64,000 nt of DNA, taken from NCBI GenBank assembly GCA_976551045.1, contig CDPCPM010000213.1, positions 4,030,001 to 4,094,000 of the forward strand, read 5' to 3'. The DNA comes from Glaucostegus cemiculus. Its lineage: Eukaryota. The position numbers and the translations under genes are program-made. Under the pieces are notes generated by a model. That model was not told the origin of the DNA. It searched no databases and saw nothing but the letters and a program-made list of their open reading frames with translations. Positions 1 to 12,399 of the stretch are shown piece after piece (positions within the stretch are counted from its first letter, which is position 1; every line of letters begins with the position of its first letter).

Positions 1-1792
1 TGATTAATTGAACAGTTTCTTTTCCACCTCTAGATGGAGCTTTAGAAATTTCACTTCACTACTGCTAAACCGCCATAACGCAGACTCTAGGAATTCACTA
101 TCTAGTCTCAATAGATCTTACAGCCTGGGTGCCTTCGCAGCCCATACAGATTTATAAAGGAATGTTAAAATTTGACAATTTCAGTTTTACTTTTAGCTTA
201 TACCTATTTTCTTAACATTCTCGACCAGTTCCAAATGATACCTTACATTTGAATCAGAGCTTGAAAACGCTAATACATTGATTTGAAGTAGCCACTTAGT
301 TTTATCATTTACTCACTTCCATTAAATCTATTCCATGATTATGTTTATTTTGTTTCCTACTAATGTTACAACTCCTGCAGAAACAAGCTATAACTACAAG
401 AATATTTGTAACTTAATCTCAATTCTGCGAGATTGTAATAAACTTACCAAATTATCATTGATCATTAGCGAAGACTGTTCTGAATAACAAAAACCACTGT
501 CAAATGAACGATATATGTCATACAAGTTTACAGAATAAACATAAAAGCACAAAGCCTTATGTAAATGTGGTCATTGTCATAATCAAGCAGAGACATTTAT
601 TTAAAAGTGTCCTTTACAAACACAAAAAATCATTTAACCATGGCTAATTTTCTTTAGTGACACAACTTCAATCAGGATTAAAATTGAAACTTTTGTGAAC
701 ATGAAAGGAATAGTTGGGAAGATTATCTTTTACGTTTCATCATATTCAACAATTCCAATGGTGTATGCATTTAGCATAATCACCACCATGCACTAATGTA
801 CCTGAAAACCAAAACTATGTAAAATTTCTCCAGAGGTGGCAAGCAGAGAGGGGATGAATTAAAAAATACTGTAGTGTGCCAGTAAGAACATTGATAGACT
901 AGATCACAATTATCAGTGACAATGAAAACAGTTCAATTCCAACTGCACACCCTATACACAAAGTAGACATGCTTGTTCTGTAATCTGGGCGGAATGACCT
1001 ATTCCCCATCTAAAACATGAACAAAAATCATTCTGGCATTAAGCGTTGAAGGGAAAGAAACATTAGTTAAAGGAAAAGAGAAGTCATGAATAAAAGATCA
1101 GAGGAATAAAAGTAGGACAAACCACATAAATGAAAGAGTAAAGATTAAAGAAAAACAAGGTAATAAACAGAAATCAGTAAGTTCACAAAATTATCTTAAC
1201 ATCTGATATGCAAGTCTTTTGTTGAAATACTTAAAAAAATTTAGCAGTCTATGAATACAACTGGCCAGCTCATTTTTAACCCTACAAAAAGTATGTTCAC
1301 TAATTAGCAAGCCAATAAGAAAATCATGTTCAAGATCTGTAAATTGTCACCTCCATATAAATGCATAAGAAACCTCTACAGTTCAAAAGATATTGTGGCA
1401 CACAGATATTAAAACAAAATGATGTTGACAATTATTAAATTCTATTGAGCTTCAATAATTTGTCTGAAATTAGCATATTACATAAGGATATTCCCAAGCA
1501 ATTTTGCTACTTATCCCCTATCAATATAACAGTGTGAACTGTCTGTTCAAAGTTCTGCTTCTCTCTAAAAATGGGGTTGCAATACCTTTAGATTGTGCTG
1601 GTTGATATGCTCATAATAAGTTGCCAATTTAGAAAGTATGTGCAACATAGAAAATCTAACAAATGAATAGCACAATCTTTAAAAGCGGCACAATGTGCAA
1701 GCTGTTAAAAATGAAATAATTAGGTATATAACAATCTATTATGTGCACCTTTGACAAACTTAGTAAAGAGCCTTCACAGTTTCTTTGGTTGT

Positions 1793-1810
1793 GGGGGGGG
1801 GGGGGGGGGG
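1793..1810 (+). repeat. G18 homopolymer
   Basis: Read directly from the sequence. Confidence 0.9.
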
Positions 1811-3738
1811 AACAGAGAGCAGAGAGACATGGAGTTGGTTGAAATATTTTTGCTCAAGGACAAACATCCTGAAATAAATCCCAATGACTTGGCAAGGTCT
1901 GCAGAACTGTGGTTGCCATGACAAGCCAATTAGTATGCCATGCACAAAACAGCTGAATTACTGCATCTCTAAGGCTTCCTGTTTAGATTAGAGCAGGTTA
2001 TCTACTTGGGTGTGGAATAAATGAGTTTACCAAAGAAAAGCAATATATCTAAAGTTATTTAGTGACAAATAGAGGACACTGAGCCTCAGTTAAAGCATGC
2101 AAGGAACTTGACAGAAATAAAATACAAATGAGTGGTAAAATCTGCAACAGAAATTCAAAACAAAAACATACTGCTCATGGAAATTGAAATTGTTTGTAGC
2201 CAAATAATTTTTGCTTTTTCAGCTTAAAATTTAAAATTGCTTTTAATGAGGTTATATGTTTACTCTTTAAACTTATAAATTTATTTGCATTATTTCTGCT
2301 GGCAATAATATTGACCACTTTCAAAGCTGGAAATTTTATTGAAAGTTACTGAAGTAGTGTATTTCTTAAATTTCATTTACTACTTTGTTGAATCCAACAA
2401 GCTATCAAATAGTTTAAAATCTTTTGCTCAATGCTATTTTACTTTTAATATCCTAAAAGTCTTTTTGATCTGTCAATTAATATTAATTATGATTTTGTTT
2501 TATTCTGATGATTTTACATCTTATTTTGTACATTGCTTAACTTTTTTTTGTTGCAATGTTCTATTTATTTTCTTCAACCTCTGGCAACTGAATTATGTTA
2601 AGTTATTTGCTTTTAATTACAAAGAATTTGGAAGGAACTTGAGTTTTGTTTATTTTGGGCATTTTTAAAATCACAAAAGCATTTAAAAAAAATTAAAACA
2701 TTAAATGTAGCAGTGCCATTTGTTATTAAACTACAGCTATTGTTGACTTATTGTTAAATGTCACTTGAATTAAAAGCAAAATTAAACAACATTTGTATAT
2801 GAATATGGAATAGTAGCAAGTGATTGGTTTCATACTGTCTTTAAGTACTAAGAAAGGAAAATTGACTCCTGCAATACTACACTGTTAACAGGAAATGTTG
2901 CTCCCTAAAGCATAAAGTAGGGCTGCACAGAGAACTCCATGATGATGTACAGCCTAATTCTGACAAAGCCTAAAAATCAGACATTTTCAACTTTAGTACA
3001 ATATGGAGAAAAGGGGAGGCACTACAGATAGTCAGTGTGCTGACATAATATTAAATATGATTATCAGCATAGCAACCCTAAATATTTATGGCCCGTTTTG
3101 CTACAACGTTGTGTCTTGAATTATTACCCAAGGGCCTCAACTATATTTTAAGTCCAAAAAACATACAGCCATCCATTTAACATGCTAAACATAACTACAG
3201 TGAATTAAAATGAGAGAAGCTGGATTAACAAACTGTTTTAAACTGCTAAAGCTGTGCTGGCAGCATTAAGAAGCTTAAGTTTCCACTGCTAAAAATATCC
3301 TAGTATTCTTAGCTTTGGCATACCTCAGAAAGCAGTCTGGTATCACATAGCTATCTAGTGCTGACAGATAACCACCACGTGCTGAATAAACAGGTCCCAG
3401 AAATAACCACTTGCAAAAAAATTAAGGTTAGAACCATTTAACAATTGTGCCAATAACAAATTCCTGAAAAATTATGGTCATACTGAAAAATCAATTTCCT
3501 GCAATACGCCTTTAAGAGTAAATCAATCAACACTTGCATGCAATAACAATGTGATGAAGTTACTGCAATCTTAAGGTATAAAAACTTAATTTAAAAATTG
3601 CATTTCATTAACACACATTTCTGAGAAGTTATTTGTCATTATTGTTACATAATTTATGTTGTAGTATATTTGGTATAAAAGAGAACACCATCATTAACAC
3701 AGCTTGGTTTAATATTTTGCAGTAATCATTCTGCTTAC

Positions 3739-3810
3739 CTGAGGTTGGCATAGTGTGTATCCGATTTTGTGGCAACAGTTCTAGGGGCTGCTCTCGTCCA
3801 GATACACCAT
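3739..3810 (-). CDS. HDAC5: Second coding exon (72 nt, phase 1/1): (D)GVSGREQPLELLPQNRIHTMPTS of class IIa HDAC
   Basis: Acceptor gtgtttttcctcAG|ATGGT and donor TCAG|GTAAGC; exactly 72 nt. The peptide resembles the recalled N-terminal exon of HDAC4/5/9 (DG.SGR[ED]Q...[RH]..M). Confidence 0.9.
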
Positions 3811-3889
3811 CTGAGGAAAAACACGATTCAGTTTCATATATAGTCTGTAACATCTTTTTCAGGCGAGGCACTGTGGGCTTCAGTAACAT
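3739..3889 (-). CDS. HDAC5: Alternative first coding exon: MLLKPTVPRLKKMLQTIYETESCFSSDGVSGREQPLELLPQNRIHTMPTS
   Basis: gccATG at 3889 and a second ATG at 3853 are in frame through the acceptor into the 72-nt exon (ORF 3629..3907). MLQTIYETESCFS matches the N-terminus I recall from predicted vertebrate HDAC5 isoforms. Confidence 0.7.
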
Positions 3890-4354
3890 GGCAAAGTCAT
3901 CAAACACAATAATTTTGAGATCTTCTTTACCAACAATTTTGAAAACTTCTAAGCTGGTGAGTATAGTCTTATCCTCTAAATGCTGCTGCTGGAAGCAGTG
4001 TATAAAAATCCCCAGATTCTTTTAACATAGTCAAGCCCGGCGAAATGCACAGTGGAACAAACATCCTAATTAACGTTGGGATTTTCAGCCGCTACAGCAA
4101 ACATTCAGTCATCTTCCTTTGAGCAAGAGATTAATCAGACACATGCAACCATCGTGGCTAGATAGGGAAAGCCCTTTACCAAAAAGGAACCTTAAATGCA
4201 CTGACAGGTACTGTTCAGTATGAAAATATTAATCCTCTCACTGGCAATGAACGCAAGCAACCATACAAGCTGCCTACTGCAATAAAAGCTAGCACATTTA
4301 CATACAAGTTAACAATAATACAGCCTGAAGCAGACTGAAATAGAATGATAGGAG

Positions 4355-4426
4355 GGGTCAGCTATAAATAGGTCATGCATGCTCAGGGAACAAGGAACAT
4401 GCATACAAACACAAGCAACCAATCAG
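4355..4426 (-). promoter_or_regulatory. Candidate internal promoter elements: MEF2 site CTATAAATAG (4362-4371) overlapping RORE-like TAAATAGGTCA (4365-4375), GGGTCA half-site (4355-4360), CCAAT box AACCAATCAG (4417-4426)
   Basis: Exact consensus matches about 470-540 bp upstream of the alternative ATG, in a repeat-free region with local CpG retention. Confidence 0.45.
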
Positions 4427-7400
4427 TAGTGTTAAAATACCATTTCCTAGCTCGTGCACACTTTAACATGAATGTTATTATCAAGAGTAACGAAATTTTA
4501 CTGTGCATTCAGTTTAAATTCAATAATATTAATGGAAAGCTGTACAGAAGCTATAAACTCACAGCAAAACTCTGATGTAATATAAAAAAACTGATGTAAT
4601 TTAAAATGTGTTTGAATGTTCATTTATATTTTTCTTGTGTTAAAAGAAACAAACATCAAAATCAGTCAGAGCCAAACATCAGTACATAAATAATATTTCT
4701 TCTGGATTCTACAATTTCGTTGAAGCTTTCCGATGATATTATATTTCAACCCTAACAGGAGCCACCTCCTTTGGGGTTGTGGAGCAGTGGAGAGGGGCGA
4801 GGGAAATCTTCATATACTCGAAGTGTCAAACTTTAAATTGTCAAAAGTGTGTGGCAATTTAAAACAAGTTGAAGACTGCAGGCTTCTTTTGTGGTTTTTA
4901 TAAAAGTAAACAACTGCTAAACCCACAGGAGGATTATCTTGTTTTTCTAGAAGTCCTGAATTAATATCAACACATTTAACCATTAACCTATAATGGGGTT
5001 AGTGTGCCTTCTAAACTTGCTGCTGAGCATTCCAAATTCCAATGCTTGTCTCAATCAATTTGAATTTGTTAGCTTTATTTGTTTAAAATTCTTCAAGAAT
5101 ATTTAATAAATAAATCACAAGTAAAGCTTGTGTTTACTCTAAGCTTTTGGAAGAATGAAAATGGAGAAAAAAGGCAAATGTGGAAGATGAAATGTATGTA
5201 TATTATTGCTCCAAAACTGTCTAAGGCATACTTAGGTGAAGAAACTGCACCATTCATTGACAGTAAGATCACTGGAAGAACACAATGCTCCAGCCTCTCA
5301 TTCTGTAACCATTTACACTTTAAAAATTGAACACATCTACCTTAATGCCAACTGCTTCTTTCTCCAACTATTGCAGCAAGTCGACATCGGAGAGAAAACA
5401 TAGTTTTTGCAGTGAATTACACCTACATTGAGTTTTGCATTCTCAATGTAATAAGCACATTCTCTCTGATGCAAAAGACAGACCGACAGCAACATAGTCA
5501 CACTGTTGTGAAAGTGCACCTGAGATTACATACAATGCAGAAATACAAAGTGCCTCCTCCACAAGTATCTATCTTACATAACAGTGATTCCACTAATTAG
5601 AGTGGGCAGTTTCAGGCTGAACTATAAAAAGCTCAAGAATATTTCCAAGTGGAAAAATACTGCAAAAGTATTGTTGAAGAACTTGTATAAACAGTGTAAT
5701 AAGTGCCTTTGGGCAACACGTGGATGACATGGATCCAATTATTTTCGTCAGTCTTACACCCACACTGAACTACAAATAGCCACAGTAAATGCCTCTTCTG
5801 CAGGCGAAATTGTACATAGCTTTATTCCCTGTTATTAACACCTTCTTACACAGTCCTGTTGTGTTTACTAAAAAGCTCTGTGAGAATTAAAGCATCACTG
5901 CTGTGATGTTTAAGTCCCCTGTCCTTTAAAAATTAAAATGTTTTCCACAAAACATTGGAGCTTTTATTTAACTGCACTGTAGTCACTCAAATCAAAGAAA
6001 AAAAATACCTCCCACAAATTCCAAAACTGAAATAAATATTATTACACATAAAAATAGCCCTGGGACTTTTTTTGTACTCTCTCAAAGTTGAAACAGTGTT
6101 GATGATAACTCACGAATGGGCAGATAATTTGTCTAATCAACACAAAAGTAGATACTAGTCTGCAATAAAATATAATTTTCGAAGGATTCAAATCCAAAAT
6201 AAAAGATGTATAATTCACATTTAATGAAAAAAACTGAGCAATTCTTTGAAATATTCCACTGAAAGTTGTGGCACAAAATATAACATTAAATCATGTGATG
6301 TGCAGCAAAAATAAAACAATAACTTAGATTTTTATTCTGCATTGTAAAATACTGTTCATCACAATGATAAATATGCAGGTTTAAAAACCTGAAATGGAGT
6401 ATTAAATTGTAAATGTAGGTTATTACTTCAAATGTAATCTTATTTATTTTAAATCAGAAGGAAGATACAATGATAACCTGGATTCTACATGATAAATGAC
6501 AGCATCATACCCCTGTTTAAGGAAAGCATTTTCCTACATTTTGATTCCATTGTATTTATAATTGCAAGCCAGGTCTTTAAGAGCAATGCACTTTAATGTT
6601 ATCCATTCCATCTCTCTCACTGTCAAAACATGATGCTATCTCGAGTTCCCTTTATTTGTTTCTGGTTACAAATCCATCTCAATGAAGTGAATATCATAAG
6701 TTTCTTTGGCCCCTGTAATCAATGAAATATCAATAATGGCATTCCCAAGTATTTCCCAGACAGAATATCTCAGTTCATCAAGGATCCTGTGATCATGATT
6801 TTAGAGCATGAACCAGAAGGCAACCACATTAAGCTTTATTGGTTCTAACTTCCCTTTACCAAAACTATCTACTAAGCAAAAATTATGCAAGAAAGAAAGA
6901 TAGCAATTTTTCTTGACTATCAAGCACCTTAAAATTTTCTTCTGACCATTTTGTCTCAGTTTTAACAAATACAAGGAGCTCCCGGATTTGTCACAGCGAT
7001 GGAGTTCAACTATTAAACTGCCTTTGACACTCACCATCCATTTTGCCATTGCTTCCTCCATAGACAAAAATCTTAACCTAATTGTAAATGTCCAGTTCCT
7101 CTCCCAAGCCTCAAACTCGATCTGAATTTAGCATACCCAAGAGACCCTCATCCCCATACAGAGATAATCATCCAATAGACTTTCCTAACATGCATGGTAA
7201 CATTGTAAATCTTCATTTGTACTTTGCTTCTTTTCAAAGTGATCATGTATTACTTGAATTCCAGAAGGGTTGCAGACCCAAAAACAACAACATCCATGGA
7301 TATTGCCCAACCTGTTGTTTCTCTGGCATTTTCTGTTTTTGTTTCAGATTTACAGCATCTACCTCCTACTTGGCCACAGAACTCAAGTGCAGTGGATCTA

Positions 7401-7523
7401 GCAGCCAACTCTCTTCCAAAACTACTGCTCAATGAATTAAATGTGACATAAGAAAAAATCCCATCCACCTCTTTCAGGCACAATCCATACCCATTTTAAA
7501 TGACACAGGTTGGCTTGAGGTTA

Positions 7524-7550
7524 TTTTTATTATTATTATTATTATTATTA
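7524..7550. repeat. (TTA)n microsatellite flanked by 9-bp direct repeats TTGAGGTTA
   Basis: TTGAGGTTA at 7515-7523 and 7551-7559. Confidence 0.85.
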
Positions 7551-7942
7551 TTGAGGTTAACTTTGTGCTGTCTGACACTCATTGATACTGCCTGACATGC
7601 AGCAAACTAAAAGCATGGCTAACATTATCTACTCATAGCTATTATGCAAATAAGCAGGCAATACAAAGTTTATGGACTGGTGGCGATTAATTCCTCATCG
7701 TAATCCCCATACATGTTTTCAGGGAGCTACTGAACTTAGCAATACTTCTCTCCCCCATACCTCCACATGCCATTTCTTCTAATACAAGCTGGTTGACTTT
7801 GCTAAATCATTACATGTACAGTTGAGTCTACCTTTAATCATGTAAAGTTATATACCACTTTGTACTGAAAATGAACCAGAAGAACAATGACAATTTACAC
7901 TTAGGTACTGCCTCTAATATAGTGAAACTTCCCAAGCCAAAC

Positions 7943-8098
7943 TACATTTAAGAGACATCTCAACAGGCACTTAAATAGGCAAGGCATTCGATAGACCTAA
8001 TGCGGACAAATGGAATTAATGCAGATGAGCAAAAGAAGTTGGCATGGACGTTGTGGGCCAAAGGGCCTATTTCTGTACTATACAGTTATGACTCTATG
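7943..8098 (+). mobile_element. CR1 LINE 3' end fragment
   Basis: ...ggcatggacgttgtgggccaaagggcctatttctgtact...tatgactctatg is the CR1-type 3' tail shared with other copies in the window. Confidence 0.75.
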
Positions 8099-9744
8099 GC
8101 ATTTAAAAGGAATGTCAAAGGAAAAAATTGGACCATTTGAAAACCTGACCAAAATAAAGCAAATAAACACAAGTATTTTAATCTGGGAAGACTACAAAAA
8201 TGTATTTTTAAAAACTTGTATGATAACACAAGCAGGTAAAGAGTGTTACAGGTATGCCCAATTTTGTCATTATAAAGATAAAACATTAAACTAAAATAAT
8301 CTTCTGGAATAAACTGATACTCTCTTCATGAATGCTGCCTAATCTGTTTAGCACTTCCAGCTTTTCTGCTTTCATTTCAAACCCTGAATTTTGCTATTCA
8401 TACTGCCTCTTAATCACACATAGCTATTGCAAAGCTCTTGCATAAAAGAATGTTATCCATCTTCCAGATTCATAGGAAACAATTAAGCTTCAATAGTTAC
8501 TTGCTGATCAATTAAGAAAACTTACAACAAAGGCAACTGAGGCTTAAAATAATTCTACAAATTTAATACTGGGTTATTTCATAACATATTAAGTAGTTTC
8601 AGTCTGAAACACTTAATTAAATTGCAGCAGAATATCTCCCAGCAATACTTTTGACTTCAAGATAGCTTTTTAATTATTTTCTTTCTTTTCTTGCAGCCAT
8701 ATATGATTCCTGTGAAGCCAGCTTCCAAAAGTTCCACAAAGCTGTTTAATTCCTGTAGTTATGTGCTACTGCACATTGCATCCCCTAATGGCAACATAGT
8801 GAAAAATTACCAATTCGAGTTGTGGTACAAGCAGCAATGTTGCAATAAAGTAACTTCTCACAAATACACACAGACGAAACTGTGAAGTTTATCAACTGCA
8901 CAATTATCTTGATTCTTGATTTTGAAACAATTTCCTGACTAAAAAATTGACAAGCAAAGAGCATGTTCTTTTAACTGTGTGCAACTATATAGCTTATAAA
9001 CCCTTTAACTCAAAACAAAAACACATTCCAATCTTTTTAAAATAATATTTCAAATAAAAGCAGCAACTTGCATACAGCACTTGTATAACACAAATACATT
9101 CTGAAGAGAAAGACTTCAAGTCATGGAAGAATAATTGCAAGTCTGATGGAAAAGTAATTTCTGCAAAAGGACTTTAAAGACAGAAAAAAAAGATTTAGTG
9201 AGGGAATCCTAGACAGTACATTCACCTATCTCGGAAAGAGAAAGACTGCAAAGTGATTAGGAATGAATGCATTTTTCACACATAGCTTATAGACATGATG
9301 ATATTCACTGTTACCTCAACAAGCATTAAATTTATATGATAATTTAGAATCATATCTCTTCTAATGCAGACTACTGCAAGTGTGGCAAACATTTTAGTAC
9401 TTAGGAACATGAAACTGCCTCTAGAACTATTTGACATCACAGTAATCCCCAAAGGCTAAACAATGTGGACAACTTCAGGCTCTGCCAAGAAATGAGTTAA
9501 GGTTATTTCTGTATCAAGTTCCAAATGTGAAAACTATGAGATGAAGATTTTCCAGCCACAAATTCAAAATATTCTAACAGTGAACTTCATTAAAAGATAT
9601 CTCACTAATGATAAATATTAGCAATATCCAGCAACAATGATCCTAATGTGTTTTCAATTATATTCACCAAAATGACAAATGTTAATAAGATCTCTTGGAC
9701 TATCCCAGCTCAAACAATCAAAAATAAGCCAGCTTTTTAGTCAC

Positions 9745-9845
9745 TAAAATAAAAACAGAAAATATAGGAAGCAAGTTCAGTATTATCTGTGGAAAGAGAA
9801 GCAGTTTCAGGGCAAAGACCTCCATCCAAGCTGTGAAAGAGAAAA
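9745..9845. mobile_element. Penelope-like terminal repeat fragment
   Basis: aaataaaaacagaaaat...atctgtggaaagagaagcagtttcagg matches other copies in the window. Confidence 0.55.
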
Positions 9846-9893
9846 AATTAGTGTTAAATGAACCACTGCAAATAGTTGTTTCTTAAATTATTT

Positions 9894-12140
9894 CATAAGA
9901 ACATAAGAAATAGAAACAGGATTGGGATTTCTAGCTCTGTTAACCTGCAATACCATTTATTAAAATCATGGATGATCTTCTACCTCAGCATCATTCACCC
10001 ACACAATCCCCATAATTCTGGTTTCCCTTAATGTCCAGAGATCTATTGATCTGTGTTTTGATTAAACCCAGTGATTGAACCCCCACAGCTCTCTGCTGTG
10101 GGGAACTTGAAAGGTTCACCACCCTACGAGTGAAGAAATTTCTCCTCATTTCAGTCCAACATAGCCTACCCATTATTTCAGTGGCCCACTGGTCCTAGAT
10201 TCCTCCACCAGCATCTAGTCACTAAGGAAAATGGCCTTCTCCAATGAGAGTGAATCTAACTATTCAATGGCATTAGTTTTGTGGAATCTCAACCCCCTCC
10301 CCTCTATAGCATGTACATCCTTTCTTAGGTAAGGAGACCAAAACTTGGGCACAGTATACCAGGTCCCTCTGACCAAGACCTTATACAATTGCAATGAAAC
10401 TTCCTTATTCTTGTGTTCCAGTCCCCTCATAATAAAGGCTGACAAATTGTTTGCCTTCTTAACAGCTTGCTTCATGTCCACGTGACTTGTGTATGCATCC
10501 CTAGGCAACTCTGAACATCAAAACTATCCAATCTCTCACCATTTATGGCTCTATCAGGTACCTAGATAGGAGAGGTTTAGAAGGATTTGGGATAAATGCA
10601 GGCAAATGTACCTCTTTCAGGTACTTTGGTTGGCATGGATGAGTTGGACCAAAGGGCCTGTTTCTGTGCTGTACAACTCTAGGACTCTATTTAACAAATA
10701 CTCCACTTTTCTGTTACATGCATTGAAATGGATAACGTCACATTTCCACATTGTGATCAATCAGTATGTTCTTGCGCATTCATTCAGCTTGGCCATAATG
10801 CCGTGAAGCCTCTTTATATCCTCCCCCATACTCATAATCTCATCTATTCATTATCATCAACAAATCTGAAATATGACATTTGGTCTTGTTAGCCAAATCC
10901 CTCATATAAATTGAAAAAGCTGGGGCTCAAACATCATTTCCTGCGATATCCCATGAGTCATAGCTTCCCAAACGGATGATTTGTTTATTTGCCCTTTTTT
11001 TGGTTTCTGTCTGATAACTAATTCTCAGCCCACATCAGTACATTACTTCCAATTCCACATATTCTAATGTTGCAGATCAATAACCTGTGCAGTACCATAT
11101 CAAATGTCTTCTAAAAATCCAAAACATCCTTCCCGCTCATCCCTCCTAATTTACTCTACTATCCACATCCTCAAAGCACTCCAATGAAATGTTCAAACAT
11201 ATTATTCCTTTCATATATCTGTGTTGGCTCTGCTCAATCCTACTCTTCTTTTCAAGGTGTTCTGCTAGTTCCCCCTTCAGTTTAGGGTTCTGTATTTTCC
11301 CAACACTGATATTAGGCTAAAAAGTCAGTAGCTCCCTGCTTTCTTTCTCTCTTAAATACTAGTTCATATTTGCTCTTCATTCCACAGGAACAATTCCAGA
11401 ATCTATGGAAGATAACAACCAGAGAATGCACCACCTCTAAAGCCACCTCTTTCAACATTCTGGAATGCAAATCATTGAGTCCTTGCAAGTTATCAGTTTT
11501 CAAGCTCATTAAACTTCTCCAGGATCATTTTTGGATTAATACTTAATTCCTTCAGTTCCTCATTTGCCTCTGTTCTCTAAGGTGTCTTCTTTCTAAGTAA
11601 ATACTAATCCCTCTGCCAGTATTCCCCACTATAAATTTTCTCATCTCTGTCTGCAAGGGACTTGCACTTGCCTTCACTATTCTTTTCCTGTTTACATACC
11701 AATTAAAGTCCTCGTGTTTTCACTAATCAACTCTCACATTCCATCTTGCCTTTTATCAGTTTCTTCATCCTCCTTTGTTCCTAATCTTCAGGCAATTTTA
11801 CAAGCCACTTGTTTAGATTTAATACTATATTTAATTTCTGTTAACAGCTATGGTGGATTACTTTTCCTGTTGGGTTTTTGTGCCTTACAGGACTTTTTCT
11901 CCCCAATTTATGCATTACTTCAGAGCATTGCCTGTCCACCAACATACCTCTTGATGTATTTTTCAAATAAACCACCGCCAACTATCTAGTCATCCTTTCA
12001 CAGTTTGCTTTGTTTAGATTTCAGACCATAGTTTCACACTGAACTACAATATTTTCAAACTCAGTGTCAAATGTTATCATATAATGAGTACTCTTCTCAA
12101 AAGGACTTTTGATGAGAGATTATCAAATAATTCCCTTCCA
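9894..12140 (-). mobile_element. Decayed CR1 LINE (ORF2 RT region and 3' tail)
   Basis: cataagaacataagaa tail; minus-strand peptides RRNFFTRRVVNL, KKANNLSAFIMRGLEHKNKEVSLQLYKVLVR..FWSPYLRKD and GLNDLHSRMLKEVA. Confidence 0.85.
10546..10690 (+). mobile_element. Short CR1 3' end inserted antisense into the older CR1
   Basis: ggcatggatgagttggaccaaagggcctgtttctgtgctgtacaactctaggactctat; ATTTA on both sides (10541-10545, 10689-10693). Confidence 0.75.
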
Positions 12141-12399
12141 AGGACTATGGCTGCACTACCTTAATTGGATTAGCATTCCATCCATTAAAAAAAACACTCG
12201 ATGATCTCAATCCTAAATCCTTTCACAGATGTAAACCTAATACCACTTCATCACAAAGTTTTGCTTGTTTTGTTGTGATGAGTTACAATTATTTTTGCAG
12301 GGATGTTGGGAACTTGCATTGTTTCAAAAAGAGGAGAGACAAAATTGGTTGTGGATGGTGGCAGTTTAGCAAGTGAGTTAGGAAGGCAAAGGGAATATA

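Noticed and set aside
2339-2668. 109-aa hydrophobic ORF
   Set aside because: Low-complexity T-rich intron sequence with a non-ATG start and no recognisable domain.
3629-3738. C-terminal part of ORF 3629..3907 (GKQNDYCK...)
   Set aside because: It lies past the strong AG|GTAAGC donor, so it is intronic read-through with no HDAC similarity.
1-3738. Next HDAC exon (Gln-rich, EQQLQQELL)
   Set aside because: No such coding sequence on the minus strand; it must lie left of the window.
3753-4025. Plus-strand 90-aa ORF over the exon
   Set aside because: Antisense shadow of the real exon, with a non-ATG start and no recognisable protein.
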